Virus record (IMG/VR): IMGVR_UViG_3300031949_000027
Coordinates: 2,437 to 66,436 of that record
Reading direction: 5' to 3' (one strand)
DNA: 64,000 bases
From: a virus
Taxonomy: Duplodnaviria > Caudoviricetes
Shown here: positions 18,383-27,333 of the stretch, one piece after another
Position numbering within the stretch: position 1 is the first letter of the stretch
How the letters are laid out: every line of letters starts with the position of its first letter
Notes under the pieces: model-generated
Seen by the model: the letters and a program-made list of their open reading frames with translations, nothing else
Database searches by the model: none
What the model was told of the DNA's origin: nothing
Position numbers and translations under genes: made by a program

Positions 18383-18661
18383 ATGATAATTCTTGAATTA
18401 CCTATTATTTTTTGTAAAAATTACGATGCTATTGAGAAAGCGAAAGAGCAGGGAATAGAATTACCTGATAGAGATGAATATACAACTAATTGCACTTTCT
18501 TTATACCGGAGGCTACATACATAAGAGTTACAGAAACAGAAGGTAAAGCAACAATTCTTTTGGATTGTAATGTTAATGGGGAAATATTTCAGATAGATGC
18601 AGTTTATGAAACTGCAATAAATATTGTAAAGAATGCAGTAAAAAAACTAATTACAGAATAA
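18383..18661 (+). CDS. Hypothetical protein
   Basis: ORF in operon; ATG 18383 or TTG 18377. Confidence 0.65.
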   Translation: MIILELPIIFCKNYDAIEKAKEQGIELPDRDEYTTNCTFFIPEATYIRVTETEGKATILLDCNVNGEIFQIDAVYETAINIVKNAVKKLITE

Positions 18662-18671
18662 AGGCACAATA

Positions 18672-20408
18672 ATGAAAGTTGATATAGGAATACCAGTAGA
18701 TTTAGAAATACTAATTGAAACAAGATTACTCGCCCAAGCTAATTCAGGAGGAGGGAAAAGTTATTTAATAAGAAAAATACTTGAAGCGACACACGGTAAA
18801 GTGCAGCAGATAGTTCTCGATCTTGAAGGTGAGTTCTCATCACTTCGGGAGAAATTTGATTTCATTGTATTCGGAGAGCAGGGAGATTACCCGGTAAACA
18901 TACGCTATGCAGAAAAGACAGCAAGGACACTTCTCGAATTAAACGTATCGGCAATAATAGATTTGTATGAACTCAAGCATCATGAGCGCATTACATTCGT
19001 TAAGCGGTTTCTTGACTCGATGATAAATGCACCAAAGAATTTATGGCACTCTTGTTTAGTAATAGTTGATGAAGCACATGTCTTTTGCCCGGAGAAAGGA
19101 CAATCGGAAGCGATGGGATCTGTAATAGACTTATGCACAAGGGGAAGGAAGCGGGGATATTGTGCAGTATTAGCCACACAACGATTAAGTAAACTTCATA
19201 AAGATGCAGCAGCAGAATGTAATAACAAGCTGATCGGGCGGACAGGACTCGACATTGATATGAAAAGAGCAGGAGAAGAATTAGGATTTACGAGCAAACA
19301 GGATATACTTTCACTAAGAAACTTATCACCGGGAGAGTTCTATGCTTTTGGACCGGCAATAAGCAACAAAATCGAATTAATAAAAATCGGGAAGGTGATA
19401 ACGAGCCATCCAAAAACAGGAGCGAGGTTAGTTGCTATCCCTCCTGCAAGCGATAAGGTTAAAAAAGCACTAAGCAGAATAAAAGAACTCCCGGAAGAAG
19501 CGGAGAAAGAATTAAAAACCCTTGATGATTATAGAAAAGAGATTAACTCTTTGAGAGGGAAATTAAGGTTTGCAGAGAAACAGCAACCAGTTATTAAATC
19601 AGATGATGGGAAATTGAAGGATGAAATCTCTGGTTTGAAAATAAAGTTGATAAGTAAAGAAAAAGAAATATTATACTGGAGCAAAAACATAGACAGAATC
19701 AAAACAACTTATGAAGGTTTTATTATGAAATATAAAGACGCATTGAAAAAAGTTGGAGAGTCAATAGACCAATTACTTAAAATGGGAGTTCAATTAAACC
19801 TTCCAAAACCAGAAGAAATTAAAATCCAAGATGTCAGCATAAAACATCAGCCAATTATCAAACAGGACAAACAACAAACAAAATATTATCCAAGAGAAAC
19901 CTTGCAGAATTATAAATCGGCAAATAACGATGGCGAAACTAAACTCCGGGAAGGTGCAAGAAGAATGTTGGCAGCATTGGTTCAATGGTTCCCAAACGGA
20001 ATGACCGAAGGACAAATGCGATCACACGCCGGGCTAAAGAATAGCGGGACATATTCAGCGTATAAGACGGATCTCAAAAGAGCAGGTTTTCTTGATGTCC
20101 GCAGCGATGGATTGTTTTATGCAACAGAGTCGGCAATAGACTGGTTGGGACACGACATACCATCACCGGCTACAACGGAAGACGTATTAAATGTATGGAA
20201 CCCAAAACTAAGATTGGGAGCGAGAAGAATGTTGGAAGTTCTAATTCGTTACAACGGTGAATTTATTTCAGATGAGCAACTTCAACAGGAATCAGAACTG
20301 GCTAACTCCGGGACTTATAGTGCTTATAAAACAGAACTCAAAACCGCTCAACTTGCAATCATAAAGCAAGGAATGATAGCAGCGAATAAAGAAACACTAT
20401 TCTTATGA
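18672..20408 (+). CDS. HerA/DUF87-type P-loop ATPase with coiled coil and two C-terminal winged-helix-like repeats
   Basis: ANSGGGKS, IVDEAH, RGRKRG, LATQR; repeat LRxGARRML...NSGTYSAYKTxLK occurs twice. Confidence 0.8.
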   Translation: MKVDIGIPVDLEILIETRLLAQANSGGGKSYLIRKILEATHGKVQQIVLDLEGEFSSLREKFDFIVFGEQGDYPVNIRYAEKTARTLLELNVSAIIDLYELKHHERITFVKRFLDSMINAPKNLWHSCLVIVDEAHVFCPEKGQSEAMGSVIDLCTRGRKRGYCAVLATQRLSKLHKDAAAECNNKLIGRTGLDIDMKRAGEELGFTSKQDILSLRNLSPGEFYAFGPAISNKIELIKIGKVITSHPKTGARLVAIPPASDKVKKALSRIKELPEEAEKELKTLDDYRKEINSLRGKLRFAEKQQPVIKSDDGKLKDEISGLKIKLISKEKEILYWSKNIDRIKTTYEGFIMKYKDALKKVGESIDQLLKMGVQLNLPKPEEIKIQDVSIKHQPIIKQDKQQTKYYPRETLQNYKSANNDGETKLREGARRMLAALVQWFPNGMTEGQMRSHAGLKNSGTYSAYKTDLKRAGFLDVRSDGLFYATESAIDWLGHDIPSPATTEDVLNVWNPKLRLGARRMLEVLIRYNGEFISDEQLQQESELANSGTYSAYKTELKTAQLAIIKQGMIAANKETLFL

Positions 20409-21130
20409 TCCCTGATATAGTTTACATTTACGGCGATGGTTGTTCAAAGTGGAGAAGTAGAGAAATGAAATACTCTCTCCGTTCACTTGAAAAGTTCGGC
20501 AAGAACTATGGGGAGGTTTATATAGTTGGAGATAAACCCCTCTATTTGAATGACAAAATTATTCATATTCAGAAAACAGATGATCTTTTACATTTGAAAG
20601 AAAGAAGGATTTGCGAGAAAATATTAACTGCTTGTAAGACGAAAGAAATTTCAGATCCATTTATATTTTTTAACGATGATTTTTTTCTGGTAAAAGAGAT
20701 AGACTTTGCAACATTGGATTATTATTATTTCGATAATCTTGAGAGCAAAGCAAAAAGAAGACCAAAAAACGATGCTTACAAAAAAGCATTAATTAACACA
20801 GCAAATATTTTGAATGAGAGAGGCTTATCAATAACGCATTTTGATATACACTACCCGATGAAATATTACAAAGAGAAATTTATTAAGGTTATGGAGCAAT
20901 ACGATTGGGACAAAGCAAGAGCAGGTTATGTTATTAAATCTCTTTACGCAAACACAATAAGAATCGCAGGAAAATTAAGAGTGGATAAAAAAATGCCACC
21001 TTCGCATAGTAAAAATGAAATCCGGAAATATATTTCAGAGACAGATTTATTCAGCACAGATGATATAACAAGAGCAATAGCAGAGACATTCGAGAGTCTT
21101 TACCCTGATAAGAGTTCGTATGAAAAATAG
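20405..21130 (+). CDS. Stealth-family-like sugar-phosphate transferase
   Basis: PDIVY, EMKYSLRS, FIFFNDDFF. Confidence 0.65.
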   Translation: MIPDIVYIYGDGCSKWRSREMKYSLRSLEKFGKNYGEVYIVGDKPLYLNDKIIHIQKTDDLLHLKERRICEKILTACKTKEISDPFIFFNDDFFLVKEIDFATLDYYYFDNLESKAKRRPKNDAYKKALINTANILNERGLSITHFDIHYPMKYYKEKFIKVMEQYDWDKARAGYVIKSLYANTIRIAGKLRVDKKMPPSHSKNEIRKYISETDLFSTDDITRAIAETFESLYPDKSSYEK

Positions 21131-21135
21131 GTTGT

Positions 21136-21166
21136 TTTGATATTTGATAAAAATATTCTAAGTTTG
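21136..21166 (+). promoter_or_regulatory. Bacteroidota-type promoter TTTG-N19-TAAGTTTG
   Basis: Exact consensus at the start of a 268-nt intergenic region. Confidence 0.6.
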
Positions 21167-21171
21167 AGCAA

Positions 21172-21372
21172 GAACTGGTGGAAATGTTCTTCGTTCCCTC
21201 CAATCTTTCTTGTGTTGTGTTGAAGGGGGTCTGAAAAATGGCTCCCTTCTGATTAATAATATTGATGGACTCCTGACTTAATAGGGAGGCAATAATCGTA
21301 AATAAATAGAAGAATTATGAAACGGTTGTAGGTTCTGGATAAAGACTCCGGGATTTGCAACCGTTTTTTATT
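21172..21372 (+). ncRNA. Candidate sRNA or attenuator leader of the capsid operon
   Basis: Upstream promoter; hairpin 21222-21249; 20-bp G-U-rich hairpin 21320-21366 followed by a T run; no ORF. Confidence 0.4.
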
Positions 21373-21398
21373 TATAATAAATATTAGGGAATACTACA

Positions 21399-21731
21399 AT
21401 GAAAGAACAAAGTTTAAGAGAAAAAGTTTCAGGGAAATTAAATCTTGCAGGGGATATTAAAGAAGCAAAAATTCAGACATCAATCGGAGATGTGAAAAAG
21501 GTTGATGGAAAAATATCAGCAAGATTTGAAATTTCCGGATTACCAAGCAAAAGAAAGGACGGTAGTTATTCTGACTCTTACAAAACCATTCCTAAGATAT
21601 TTGATACGATAGAAAAATTCAGCGAATATGCAACGATGTTTTTTAATGCAAGCGATGATGAAATAATAAAGATGTGTCAGGCATCTTATTTATCTAATTC
21701 CGGACCAGTAGCAAACAAAATGGCACACTAA
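21399..21731 (+). CDS. Small pre-capsid protein with SLREKVSGKLNL motif
   Basis: 110-aa ORF with AGGGA RBS. Confidence 0.75.
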   Translation: MKEQSLREKVSGKLNLAGDIKEAKIQTSIGDVKKVDGKISARFEISGLPSKRKDGSYSDSYKTIPKIFDTIEKFSEYATMFFNASDDEIIKMCQASYLSNSGPVANKMAH

Positions 21732-21733
21732 TA

Positions 21734-22177
21734 ATGGGAACATTAAATAACGAATTAACAATGTATAGGAGTGCATCTAAAATGACAAATGATGAGGAAG
21801 AAAAGAGACGGCAAAAAATAAGAAATAATGTTGCTAAGAAATTAAACTTGGGCAATAAGCCAAAAAAGGAAACACCCCCCGAATGGACGAAACAAAAACC
21901 CGGTTCGGTTGCAAATGTTAATTCATCAGATCAGGTAAGAACGTCAAAACAGATTACAGATATTGATAAGAAAAACAGACCACAGGGAGACAATACTAAG
22001 CCAATACTTACTGAAAAAACAAAAACCACTCCGAGTAATAAAACAAATGTTTTAGGCAACATTCCTTTAACCGGCAGAAAAATAGTTGGGAATGTTACTG
22101 AAATGATGAGCGAAAAAGATTTAGAAGTAAAAAATAAAAAATACAAATCACAAACAAACACAATATTAGGGAGATAG
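21734..22177 (+). CDS. Basic low-complexity protein sharing the capsid N-terminus and the KLNL motif
   Basis: MGTLNNELTMYRSA versus capsid MGTLNKDVAMYRTA; IRNNVAKKLNL. Confidence 0.75.
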   Translation: MGTLNNELTMYRSASKMTNDEEEKRRQKIRNNVAKKLNLGNKPKKETPPEWTKQKPGSVANVNSSDQVRTSKQITDIDKKNRPQGDNTKPILTEKTKTTPSNKTNVLGNIPLTGRKIVGNVTEMMSEKDLEVKNKKYKSQTNTILGR

Positions 22178-22181
22178 AATA

Positions 22182-23567
22182 ATGACAGACTTATATGCAG
22201 ATATGCTGAACAAAGGCTCGAAAGACGAAGATAAAGAAATTCAAGCCATCAAAGAGATGAACCCGGAAGAAGTTGCGGAAGCAATAAAAATTCTCGATGA
22301 AAAAATTGACGGAACCTTAGAAGATAAGGAGACTCCGGCAAAAGAATCAACAGAAACCGAACCAAAGGCGAAGGACACTTCTGATGATACAAAAGTCGAA
22401 GAAGGAAAGAAACCGGAAGAAGAAGCGGAACCGGAAAAAGAAGTTGAGGAAAAAGAGAAAGAGAAAGACAAAGACTTCAAGTTGACTGAAGAACTAATCA
22501 GCAAACAGTCAGAAGAAGATCGAGGAATCCTCAACAACTATAAAGACAAGAGCAAGGATGAAATAGCTCAGGCAGTAGCCCACGCAGTAGCGATGAAATC
22601 TCCTTATCTCAAGGACAACGAAGAAATGATTGCTCAGATGAAAGAGCAGTTCCTTGAGAAAAGTGGAGATGAGCTAATAAAAATTCTTGTTGATGTTCAA
22701 AGAGAAGCCGGTAAATCCGAATCTCAGGCAGCATTAAAGCCTAAAGTCGAGCCAATAGAATTTCCTGTCATTCCAGAAAACGACCCGGAAATAAAAAAGA
22801 TACTTGAGAAAGAGACATTAAAACGTCTCAAAATCAAATATCCGAATATGCCCGAAGTTGAATCAATGAACTCGGAAGAATATAAAGAGTTCAGGAGAGA
22901 CCTTGACGTAGATAATCCTGACAACGAATTCAGAACACATAAGACTCAGGCAGAAGAAATTGTTAAGGAAGAACTATCAAAAGTAATTTATGTCCAGAAG
23001 AATCTTCCTAATCTTTATGAAGAATCTCCACAGGAAGTATTACCATTGCTAACTCCAGAAACCTTACCAAGATTAAAAGCACTCAACGATAATCCTTACG
23101 GTGTTCTCGTAGAGGACCTCCAAACCGAAATCGAAAACATCAGAAAAGGATTAAAGAAATATGGATTAACCGAAGCTGATTTGGGGGTAGATTTAACTAT
23201 CACCAAAGATGATAAAGGAAATCCTTTCAATGCCGTATTTAATAAATTGATAACAGTAGGGACAAATGAAAAAGGCGAAGCAATTCCATCAAATGATATT
23301 ATTGGAAGACGAGGCAAAACATTCTGGTTGAAGCCGGGTGCGTTGGCAAGAAAATTCCGGGAAGAATATGACGATAAGATCCTCACTGAATTTGTCAATA
23401 AGAAAACACAGGGCGACAGATTGCAGAAGGACAAAGTGAAAGAGGCAACATTGAGAGAGGCATCAGGAAGGGGTTCGGGAGGAAGTAAAATCCTGACAGT
23501 CGAAGACATTGAAAAAGCCAGTCCAGATCAGGTCAAGAAAATTATTGCTGATATGGAAAAAAATTAA
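22182..23567 (+). CDS. Capsid scaffolding protein (putative)
   Basis: Highly charged, helical, immediately upstream of the major capsid gene. Confidence 0.65.
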   Translation: MTDLYADMLNKGSKDEDKEIQAIKEMNPEEVAEAIKILDEKIDGTLEDKETPAKESTETEPKAKDTSDDTKVEEGKKPEEEAEPEKEVEEKEKEKDKDFKLTEELISKQSEEDRGILNNYKDKSKDEIAQAVAHAVAMKSPYLKDNEEMIAQMKEQFLEKSGDELIKILVDVQREAGKSESQAALKPKVEPIEFPVIPENDPEIKKILEKETLKRLKIKYPNMPEVESMNSEEYKEFRRDLDVDNPDNEFRTHKTQAEEIVKEELSKVIYVQKNLPNLYEESPQEVLPLLTPETLPRLKALNDNPYGVLVEDLQTEIENIRKGLKKYGLTEADLGVDLTITKDDKGNPFNAVFNKLITVGTNEKGEAIPSNDIIGRRGKTFWLKPGALARKFREEYDDKILTEFVNKKTQGDRLQKDKVKEATLREASGRGSGGSKILTVEDIEKASPDQVKKIIADMEKN

Positions 23568-23598
23568 ATAAAAATTTATTAGGAGTTTATAAAATATT

Positions 23599-24897
23599 AT
23601 GGGAACATTAAACAAAGACGTTGCAATGTATAGAACTGCATTGCAGAAAGACTTCACAAACAGTGAGTGGTTTCAGCCACCAGTTTGGGGAGACTTAATG
23701 GGGTATCCCGGCGGAAAAGATCAATACGGCTATCCAACTTCAGTTCCTTATGGTGCGTTAAGAAATAAAACAGTTGCTCCATCAGGCAAACCAATAGAAG
23801 TTCTCTTAGATTGGTTTCATGATGGTGGTTGGGATATGGATATTCCGGTTCTGTTACCACTTGTTGACCCTCCGAAAAGAGGAGATCAACAGGCTAAAGG
23901 TTTCGGTGAAGATCGTAGATGGGTTTACAGAAAAGGATATTTCACACAAATCAGAAAACCCGTTAAAGTTAGCGATGGTTCATACGGTGATATGGCTATA
24001 AATCCACAACTGGTAAAACGATTGATGAGCAGAGTAAAAATTGATCTTCAGAAATTCAATACAGATTTAATGCTACACTCTCCATATCAGGCTGTTTACA
24101 GAGGATATGATGATAACCTGATAGAGACCCCTGAGCTTGCCGGTATATGCACTCAGAAATCTCATCCTAATTTCTTCATCGAGGGCTATGGAAAGGTGGC
24201 ATATAATTCAAACAACACCACTTATGAAACTGCTATTGCAGCATTGTTAAACAATCTCGGTGCAGGTGATGAATTCACAATGAAGACTCTCCGTAAAATG
24301 CAGATGGCAGCTAACGAACTTACAATCGGTTATCCGACAGTAACAGTTATGGGACATCCGATAAAAGGAGTTGTGATATTGAATGACAGACAATTTGCTC
24401 AACTTGCAGAAGACCCACTGTTTGAAAGAGTTCATATCGCACTTATTACTGCCGAAGGAAATAAAGCAGCAATGTTCACAGGTGCTTATGAAGCACACTT
24501 AGTAGAAGGCACGTTGATTCTTATTGATGTTAATAATCCGGGCATCTGGTTAGATGGTGATACAGGTTATGACGCAACAAGAGGAATTATCAATTATGGT
24601 AATCCGAATCCGATAAAGAATCCTATTCATAACTCGGACATCAAGGTAGCCATTTATCTCGGTGCATCTGCTCTGCTTGCTGCAAATAACAAACAGTTGA
24701 GAATGGAAGATGAGATTGATGATTTCGGTAACATCAAGGAAACAGCATCTATTACAGCACGTGGATTTACAAGAGCAGACAACAGCAATACCGACAGGAA
24801 GGTAGCAGCAGCAGACTTCAAGCCAAACTCAAGTTCACTTGTTGTAGCAACATACACACCGCAGAACATAGCATGGCAGACCGGCACAAGTTCATAA
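23599..24897 (+). CDS. Major capsid protein
   Basis: 432 aa after the scaffold; AGGAG RBS; GDQQAKGFGED...TQIRKPV and EDEIDDFGN patterns resemble N4-gp56/DUF4043-type coat proteins. Confidence 0.8.
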   Translation: MGTLNKDVAMYRTALQKDFTNSEWFQPPVWGDLMGYPGGKDQYGYPTSVPYGALRNKTVAPSGKPIEVLLDWFHDGGWDMDIPVLLPLVDPPKRGDQQAKGFGEDRRWVYRKGYFTQIRKPVKVSDGSYGDMAINPQLVKRLMSRVKIDLQKFNTDLMLHSPYQAVYRGYDDNLIETPELAGICTQKSHPNFFIEGYGKVAYNSNNTTYETAIAALLNNLGAGDEFTMKTLRKMQMAANELTIGYPTVTVMGHPIKGVVILNDRQFAQLAEDPLFERVHIALITAEGNKAAMFTGAYEAHLVEGTLILIDVNNPGIWLDGDTGYDATRGIINYGNPNPIKNPIHNSDIKVAIYLGASALLAANNKQLRMEDEIDDFGNIKETASITARGFTRADNSNTDRKVAAADFKPNSSSLVVATYTPQNIAWQTGTSS

Positions 24898-24938
24898 GCT
24901 AAATAATTATTAAAAAATTAAATTAGGAGAAATTTATT

Positions 24939-25271
24939 ATGTCAGGAATCGGGCAAAGAGCAGGTTGGTCTCACCCATACGTGGGCGACAGACCCAGAGA
25001 GGTTTTGAAATTAACTGAGGTTCAGGAAGCAACCCTCAAACAATTCATTGGTTTTGCAGCTAAAGAAGTAGATGGCGATCCAACAGAACAGTTTATACTT
25101 ACGTATGACGGGACAGATGCACCTACATTAACAGATTACGCAACAACACCAATCGGAACAATAATATTGACTCCGAAAGTAGCGAGTGTTGCGATGTATC
25201 AGCATCAGGCTCAATCAGATCCGGCAGTTGTTGGAGATTGGGCGAGCGTTGCTAAAACAACAGTAACATAA
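24939..25271 (+). CDS. Probable capsid decoration protein
   Basis: Directly after the capsid gene, strong RBS, followed by a terminator-like hairpin; paralogous to the N-terminus of 32285-33025. Confidence 0.55.
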   Translation: MSGIGQRAGWSHPYVGDRPREVLKLTEVQEATLKQFIGFAAKEVDGDPTEQFILTYDGTDAPTLTDYATTPIGTIILTPKVASVAMYQHQAQSDPAVVGDWASVAKTTVT

Positions 25272-25291
25272 ACCACTTATTAAAAAAAATC

Positions 25292-25319
25292 AATTCGCCC
25301 CATTAACTTGGGGCGAGTT
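25292..25319. terminator. Terminator-like hairpin
   Basis: AATTCGCCCCA / TGGGGCGAGTT 11-bp stem; A run upstream, short T run downstream. Confidence 0.6.
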
Positions 25320-25348
25320 TAATAAACACAAGATAGGAGAATACTAAG

Positions 25349-25822
25349 ATGGCAACCATCTATTCAACTTTCGATCACACTATGAAGATACCGCCAAACT
25401 TCAAAGGTTTAGCAGGGAAGGGAGGATTTACTAAGGAATTTAAGGCAGGAGAACCAGTCGAAGTCCCGGACAAGATAGCTGCTTACTACACAAAGAATTG
25501 GTCGAAAAAATACAAATATGCACAACATATTGAAGCCCCCCCTTTTTATACACCAGAAGAAGAAAAAGAACCGGAACCGCCAAAAGTTTTTGAACCGTTA
25601 GAATTCTTAGATGCCAATTATAACAATATTGAAGAAGCACTTGAAAAAGTTGAAAAGAGAGAAGACCTTCTCGCATTGGCAAAATTTTTACGCTTAGGCA
25701 GTTACTTCAAACAAAAGAATGAACGAATCAAAGAGCGAATCATAGCTGATATTAAAGCCAAGAAAGCACAGCAAGAAAAACTTGACAAGCAGTCGGCAGG
25801 TAAAGCGGGGGCAGAAGAATAA
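25349..25822 (+). CDS. Hypothetical head-module protein
   Basis: 157-aa ORF with AGGAG RBS. Confidence 0.7.
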   Translation: MATIYSTFDHTMKIPPNFKGLAGKGGFTKEFKAGEPVEVPDKIAAYYTKNWSKKYKYAQHIEAPPFYTPEEEKEPEPPKVFEPLEFLDANYNNIEEALEKVEKREDLLALAKFLRLGSYFKQKNERIKERIIADIKAKKAQQEKLDKQSAGKAGAEE

Positions 25823-26520
25823 TGCCTCGCTCAACGGACATATTATCCAGAATTTACAGGAATCTAAGGAGACACGGAATTTCTCTGAATGATTTATTAG
25901 ATCAGGAAGTCTTTGACGAAATGATGTTGGGTCAGGACCGGATAATAAGTGAAATCTTTCCTGATAAAATAATTACCATAGCTTTTGTTGAAGGGCTGGA
26001 CACATATCCATTAACAACAGATGAAGAAGACATAACAAGAACGAATATTGCATCAGTAAAAGTTGTAAAACTACCTGCCGGATGGGCGAGCAATAGTGGA
26101 TTAACAGATTTTAACAATCAAGCAATGTTCTCAAAAGGATTCAGCGTAATCCCAAATGATTTATTTGTAGAAACAGTAAACGCAAATCCTGATCTGGAAG
26201 GAAGACCCAAAATAGCGACAATTATAAACAATGAATTAAAAGTTTATCCAGCCCCGACAGAAGAAGAAGAAGACGAACAAATTCAATTATATGCTTATAT
26301 CAGTTCATCAGCAGGAATAATCAACAAAGAAAACGAGCCGGAGCTGAGGAATGATTTTGATAAGGCATTAGAAAAATACGCAACTTCTCAAATTCTTGGA
26401 GGAGATGAGGGGGACAAATACCTTGCTGAATTTCAAAATGAAGTTAAAAGATTATCGCCAATACAGAACAGAAAACACCACAACTTAACCAGACAACCAA
26501 TATCAGGATTTCTTGGATAA
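25822..26520 (+). CDS. Head-tail adaptor (putative)
   Basis: Position and size typical of P22 gp4-like or T7 gp11-like proteins. Confidence 0.5.
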   Translation: MPRSTDILSRIYRNLRRHGISLNDLLDQEVFDEMMLGQDRIISEIFPDKIITIAFVEGLDTYPLTTDEEDITRTNIASVKVVKLPAGWASNSGLTDFNNQAMFSKGFSVIPNDLFVETVNANPDLEGRPKIATIINNELKVYPAPTEEEEDEQIQLYAYISSSAGIINKENEPELRNDFDKALEKYATSQILGGDEGDKYLAEFQNEVKRLSPIQNRKHHNLTRQPISGFLG

Positions 26521-26523
26521 AAA

Positions 26524-27177
26524 ATGCCAACACCTAAATTTGATAAACTTTGTATTGAATTAGTAAAGCGGATTCCTGATCAGTTGCAGGATGATACCTT
26601 TGTGCCGGGAAGCGGAGAACTTCCAGATGCTTTTTTATTAAAGGCAGAAATAATTATTGATTTTATCAATAGGGCTTTACAAACATTTTTTAATTTATCT
26701 TGGCAGAAATTAGAAGAGAAAGTGCAGGCATTTATAAATACATTCCCTGAAATGCAGAAAGTAAGTGATGAAGAAGCACTTACAGCCGGAATATTTGAAA
26801 TTGAAGATCCCTACTTAGATTTTTATAAAATCATTGGTGCATTTATCACAGGAGATACGATTGAAGGGCGAATTTATGCAAAACCAAAAGCTGAAAATCT
26901 TTATACTCATTTTTTAGCGGGGAAATATAAAAGTTATCAGGCAACGGTAAGCGACCCGGCAATAATACAAGTAGAAAAAAAATTAGAAGTATTTCCGAAA
27001 GACACATCATTTGCTAATATCAATTTCCATTACATAAAACTTCCACTTGATCCAGAAACCGGGAATCCATTTATTCAGGATGGAGATTATGACAGTCCAT
27101 TTGCAGAACAATGGCATAAAGAAATTGTGAATATCGCTTATGGATTATGGTTAGAAGAAGCAGCACAAACACAATAG
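26524..27177 (+). CDS. Head-tail or neck protein (putative)
   Basis: Similar length and style to the preceding gene (F.E..H..I..YA-like end); synteny. Confidence 0.45.
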   Translation: MPTPKFDKLCIELVKRIPDQLQDDTFVPGSGELPDAFLLKAEIIIDFINRALQTFFNLSWQKLEEKVQAFINTFPEMQKVSDEEALTAGIFEIEDPYLDFYKIIGAFITGDTIEGRIYAKPKAENLYTHFLAGKYKSYQATVSDPAIIQVEKKLEVFPKDTSFANINFHYIKLPLDPETGNPFIQDGDYDSPFAEQWHKEIVNIAYGLWLEEAAQTQ

Positions 27178-27180
27178 AAA

Positions 27181-27201
27181 ATTGAACAATGATTGTTCAA
27201 T
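27181..27201. promoter_or_regulatory. Perfect 10-bp inverted repeat ATTGAACAAT-G-ATTGTTCAAT
   Basis: Seen directly in the intergenic gap. Confidence 0.5.
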
Positions 27202-27333
27202 CAATATCAACACAGAATTTTCACACAGTAGAAATCAAAAGCAACACAAGATATGCAAGGATAAGAGACGGAGGACACTGGTTCAAAGTTTTTATAAAAT
27301 GTTTCATTAAATTTTGGATAAAACCAAGTTACT

